Virus record (IMG/VR): IMGVR_UViG_3300029288_000094
Strand: one strand, 5' to 3'
Length of the DNA stretch: 54,659 nucleotides
DNA from: an uncultured virus (IMG/VR IMGVR_UViG_3300029288_000094)
Lineage: Duplodnaviria > Heunggongvirae > Uroviricota > Caudoviricetes
The notes under the pieces are model-generated. The model was not told the origin of the DNA. It saw only the letters and a program-made list of their open reading frames with translations, and made no database searches. Below, in pieces: positions 51,156 to 54,659 of this stretch (within the stretch, counting starts at the first letter, position 1; each line of letters begins with the position of its first letter). The position numbers and the translations under genes are program-made.

Positions 51156-52818
51156 CAGCCATGAAATAGTCAGACGGCAGCTACTTCATTACAAAATGAT
51201 GAATTTGCCTGATGATGTAGAAATTATATTTATGGATGATGGTAGCAACCCTCCTATAGTAGATTCTGTAGGAGTAAAAAATCTTAGAATTGTACCAACA
51301 AACGATACAAGAGAGTGGACTTGGGCGGTAGCAAGAAACTCAGGTGCAAAAATAGCAAAAGGTGCTTATTTTTTGATGACTGATTTAGATTATATCTTAC
51401 CAAGAAATGCCATAGAAGATGCCAGAAATTTTACTGGTGACAAGATGAGGTTCAAAAGGCAGTTTGGTGTTCTTTTGGAAGATGGAAGTTTTACACAAGA
51501 TTTAGAGGTTTTAAAACAGTATGGATTGTCACAGGAAAGAATAAACACTAGAGGTGTTAATTTACCCCCCCATCCTAATAACTTTGTAATGAAAAAAGAA
51601 GTGTATTGGGCAATGGGTGGATATGTAGAAGATAGAATAGGTAATCCATACCCGCAGGGGGAGGATAGAAAATTTAAGAGAGATTGGGTAAAAGCTGTAG
51701 AACAGGGCAAATTTAAAGATCATGACCATAGACCTACTATTTATATGTTTCCTAATGGGCAGTTTTGTGGTGATGTAGACTACAATCCCTTTAATTTATT
51801 TCATAATTTAAGCAGAAAAACTGACCAGAACCCCTTTTTGGGGAGGACAGGTCAAAAGGCAGAAGTAGTTACCCCTCCTAAGAAAAAAGCTAAACTTCCT
51901 TCACTGTCGGTGATAATACCTGCGAGAAATGAAGAGTTCTTAGATAGAACTATTAACAATATTCTTGACATGGCTGAAATAGATACAGAAGTAATAGCTA
52001 TATTAGATGGGTACTGGCCTGATCCTCCAATAAATGATAGGGATAAGGTGGTATTAGTACACCACACTACTTCAATTGGGCAGAGAGCAGCAACAAATGA
52101 GGGGGCTAGGTTATCTAAATCAGATTTTGTAATGAAACTGGATGCCCACTGCATAGTAGACCAAGGATTTGACAGAAAACTGGCAGAACCTTATCTTAAC
52201 GGTAGATTGGGTATGGACACAACGACAATACCTAAGATGTACAACTTACATGCATTTGATTGGGAATGTGATTCCTGCCATAATAGAACTTATCAGGGAC
52301 CAAAACCAGAGAAATGTGACAAATGTAATGGTACTGAATTCCATAGAGAAATGGTATGGCAACCAAGATTCAACAGACTAACAGAATCTTGGAGATTTGA
52401 TAAAGAGATGCATTTTCAGTATTGGGATAAATACAGGCACAGACCAGAGTTTAAAAGTGACATAAATGATGTGATGTGTTCTATAGGTGCATGTTTCTTT
52501 ATGCCAAGAGAGAGATTCTTTGAGATTGATGGTCTTGATGAAAAACACGGTTCATGGGGTCAGTTTGGTGTGGAAATTGCATGTAAATCTTGGTTAAGCG
52601 GTGGTAGGCATGTGGTGAACAGGAATACTTGGTTTAGTCATATGTTCAGGACACAGAAAGATTTCAGTTTTCCCTACCCTATAAGTGGTAATGACCAAGA
52701 TAGGGCAAGAAAGTATTCAAGGGATTTATGGCTCAACAACAAATGGGAAAAACAGAAGTATCCTTTGGAGTGGTTGGTACAGAAATTTGCCCCTATTCCA
52801 GGGTGGGAGGAAACATGA
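51124..52818 (+). CDS. Tandem two-domain family 2 glycosyltransferase
   Basis: LSIIVPVLN...MDDGS...ARNSGA...TDLD and LSVIIPARNE...ATNEGA...KLDAH. Confidence 0.9.
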   Translation: MQLSIIVPVLNSHEIVRRQLLHYKMMNLPDDVEIIFMDDGSNPPIVDSVGVKNLRIVPTNDTREWTWAVARNSGAKIAKGAYFLMTDLDYILPRNAIEDARNFTGDKMRFKRQFGVLLEDGSFTQDLEVLKQYGLSQERINTRGVNLPPHPNNFVMKKEVYWAMGGYVEDRIGNPYPQGEDRKFKRDWVKAVEQGKFKDHDHRPTIYMFPNGQFCGDVDYNPFNLFHNLSRKTDQNPFLGRTGQKAEVVTPPKKKAKLPSLSVIIPARNEEFLDRTINNILDMAEIDTEVIAILDGYWPDPPINDRDKVVLVHHTTSIGQRAATNEGARLSKSDFVMKLDAHCIVDQGFDRKLAEPYLNGRLGMDTTTIPKMYNLHAFDWECDSCHNRTYQGPKPEKCDKCNGTEFHREMVWQPRFNRLTESWRFDKEMHFQYWDKYRHRPEFKSDINDVMCSIGACFFMPRERFFEIDGLDEKHGSWGQFGVEIACKSWLSGGRHVVNRNTWFSHMFRTQKDFSFPYPISGNDQDRARKYSRDLWLNNKWEKQKYPLEWLVQKFAPIPGWEET

Positions 52819-53126
52819 AATTACTATTATCAATCGCATTAATCCTTATCGCAACAACCGTATTTGCTACACCGTTTCTGGTCTGTGATGCACCGGACCC
52901 TTCGGAGGGGATAACCCATTACAAGCTGACCGGATGGAGCATTGCCAGCACCCCCGCACCCCTCCACATGGATGTTGCAAGTGCCTCTGTAGGTACGACC
53001 AATATTACCGTGGCAGCGTGCAGAGCTGATGCACTTTGGGGGGAGCAATGCTCGGTTTACGTCCCTTTCGCATTAACACGACCCGCAAGTCCAAGTGCAG
53101 TAAGTCTACCAAGACTTGCACCTTAA
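52815..53126 (+). CDS. Small secreted/virion protein with signal peptide
   Basis: Start MKLLLSIALILIATTVFA with GGAGG RBS. Confidence 0.65.
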   Translation: MKLLLSIALILIATTVFATPFLVCDAPDPSEGITHYKLTGWSIASTPAPLHMDVASASVGTTNITVAACRADALWGEQCSVYVPFALTRPASPSAVSLPRLAP

Positions 53127-53154
53127 AGGACGTATATCGGTGGAGGAATAGGTA

Positions 53155-53520
53155 ATGGCTGAACTGTTAATCCTCGCATTTGACACAAGTAACAAGGACG
53201 CTGCCCTTGATGTCTTTGCCTACAAGAAAGGTCATGTCATCTCTGTCCAACCTGACGGACACAAATGGGGCAAAGAGGAATGTTTACCAAAGTTTTACAT
53301 TGTTAAACTTCCGAAGGTAGCTGTGGAAGATGTGCAGAAGTACCTTGAACCGAAGATAGACTTGTTTAGCACAGCAGATGTAAAACCTACCATAGCAATC
53401 AGGAAGTACAAACTTGATGTTGCTAACCTTCCTACCCTCGCCAAGACAGCACTTGAAACAGAGGGGGTGCTTAGTATCAGCAGGGTCGCTGACCTTGAGG
53501 AGAAAATGATTAGTGGCTAA
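53155..53520 (+). CDS. Hypothetical protein
   Basis: ORF with GGAGG RBS. Confidence 0.7.
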   Translation: MAELLILAFDTSNKDAALDVFAYKKGHVISVQPDGHKWGKEECLPKFYIVKLPKVAVEDVQKYLEPKIDLFSTADVKPTIAIRKYKLDVANLPTLAKTALETEGVLSISRVADLEEKMISG

Positions 53521-54659
53521 CGCGACAAAAACAGTAAAATCCAGTGGTGGTGACTACACTTCCTTAAATGCTGCCCTCGCTGGATTATCAGGGAATTTAA
53601 CTACCAACTGTGCAGGAACGGGCGGGGCTGGCATTCTAACTATTGAATGTTATGCAATTTCCGGGGGAGATACCACTCTCGCAAGCACGGGCACAGGATA
53701 TACAGTTTCAGCCGACTACTATATAAATATTACCGTTCCAATATCAGACCGACATAGCGGAAAATGGAACGATGCTAAATATTACCTGAATTATGATAAT
53801 GCGCTTACGATATATGAATCATACACCCGCGTATCGTGGTTACAGGGTGCATTGGGTGGTAATGGGTTTTTTGCTGTAAGCGCAGCCGATGCCGTTACCT
53901 TCAACGGACTCATCGTAAAGCCAAATACGGGAACTCCCGGTTATGGTATACGTATTGATGGTGCAAGTTCCTCAACCGGAACAGTTAGAAACTGCATTGT
54001 GTACGGTGGGTTTTCACGCGGTATTGCACTGTACTATGATGGCGCAGGGAGGACGCTCTCAGTTTATAACTGTACGGTAAGTGGTTGCGGAACTGCTGGA
54101 ATAGCTGATAGGCAGGGTTCGCATGTTGTGGCGACTAACTGTGCAGTTTTCAATAATGCAGACGATTTTGCTGGTACATTTTCGTCAATTACCTACTGTG
54201 CCTCAGACGATGGGGATGGGACAAACGCTGTCAATATAAGCCCAGGAGCAACTGAAGCTGACGATTGGGCAAATGCTTTTGTAGATTACGCTAATGGTGA
54301 TTTCCATGTAAAGAATACCAGTTCTGTCCTGTATAACGCAGCAACCGACCTGTCTGGTACATTTACCGATGATATCGATGGTGATACGAGAAGCCAATGG
54401 GACATCGGAGCGGATGAGTATGTGGCGAGTGGGGCTTCCTCAACACCATCATCGACCCCTTCACATACACCTTCACATACACCTTCAGCTACACCTTCAC
54501 CATCACATACGCCATCACATACGGTGTCAGCTACACCTTCAGCTACACCATCACATACACCTTCACATACACCTTCAGCTACACCTTCACCATCACATAC
54601 GCCATCACATACAGTTTCAGCAACACCTTCAGCTACACCATCACATACACCTTCACATA
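53513..54659 (+). CDS. Large structural/adhesin-like protein: beta-helix-like domain, then Ser/Thr/Pro/His repeat; runs off the window end
   Basis: From GTG 53513: [21 protein letters not shown]...VRNCIVYG...YNCTV...WDIGADEY, then (SHTP/SATP)n. Confidence 0.8.
   Translation, partial: MANATKTVKSSGGDYTSLNAALAGLSGNLTTNCAGTGGAGILTIECYAISGGDTTLASTGTGYTVSADYYINITVPISDRHSGKWNDAKYYLNYDNALTIYESYTRVSWLQGALGGNGFFAVSAADAVTFNGLIVKPNTGTPGYGIRIDGASSSTGTVRNCIVYGGFSRGIALYYDGAGRTLSVYNCTVSGCGTAGIADRQGSHVVATNCAVFNNADDFAGTFSSITYCASDDGDGTNAVNISPGATEADDWANAFVDYANGDFHVKNTSSVLYNAATDLSGTFTDDIDGDTRSQWDIGADEYVASGASSTPSSTPSHTPSHTPSATPSPSHTPSHTVSATPSATPSHTPSHTPSATPSPSHTPSHTVSATPSATPSHTPSH
54461..54659 (+). repeat. 90-bp tandem repeat built from 12-bp subunits, encoding [30 protein letters not shown]
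   Basis: Units start at 54461, 54551 and 54641. Confidence 0.9.

Overview
An AT-rich segment of a large tailed-phage (Caudoviricetes-like) genome. About 1-45.1 kb is a leftward (minus-strand) early/replication arm. It carries a split family-A DNA polymerase with an N-terminal UDG domain and intein, a beta-clamp, ThyX, primase, two sigma-factor-like genes, a SNF2 helicase with two inteins, a lytic transglycosylase, a DnaB-like helicase, a 5'-3' exonuclease, a CopG-HNH-Rep-iteron replicon module, an AAA+/VWA-metallopeptidase module, three GIY-YIG homing endonucleases and many small ORFs. A ~1.2 kb divergent control region (45.1-46.35 kb) holds palindromes, a dense array of sigma54-type -24/-12 boxes and tRNA-His. 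The rightward late arm has terminase, glycosyltransferase/methyltransferase genes and a beta-helix protein with a mucin-like repeat. Most notable: (1) about 27 dispersed Cys/His-rich microproteins sharing an N-terminal C-x5-C and a conserved C-terminal amphipathic helix, which also occurs on unrelated proteins; (2) the sigma54-box array; (3) an intein whose endonuclease is encoded in a different reading frame with its own RBS; (4) a PolA split between TGRLS and NLQN with four small genes in the gap; (5) a six-copy sigma28-like promoter matching the phage FliA-like sigma. All calls come from reading motifs by eye; no database searches were run.
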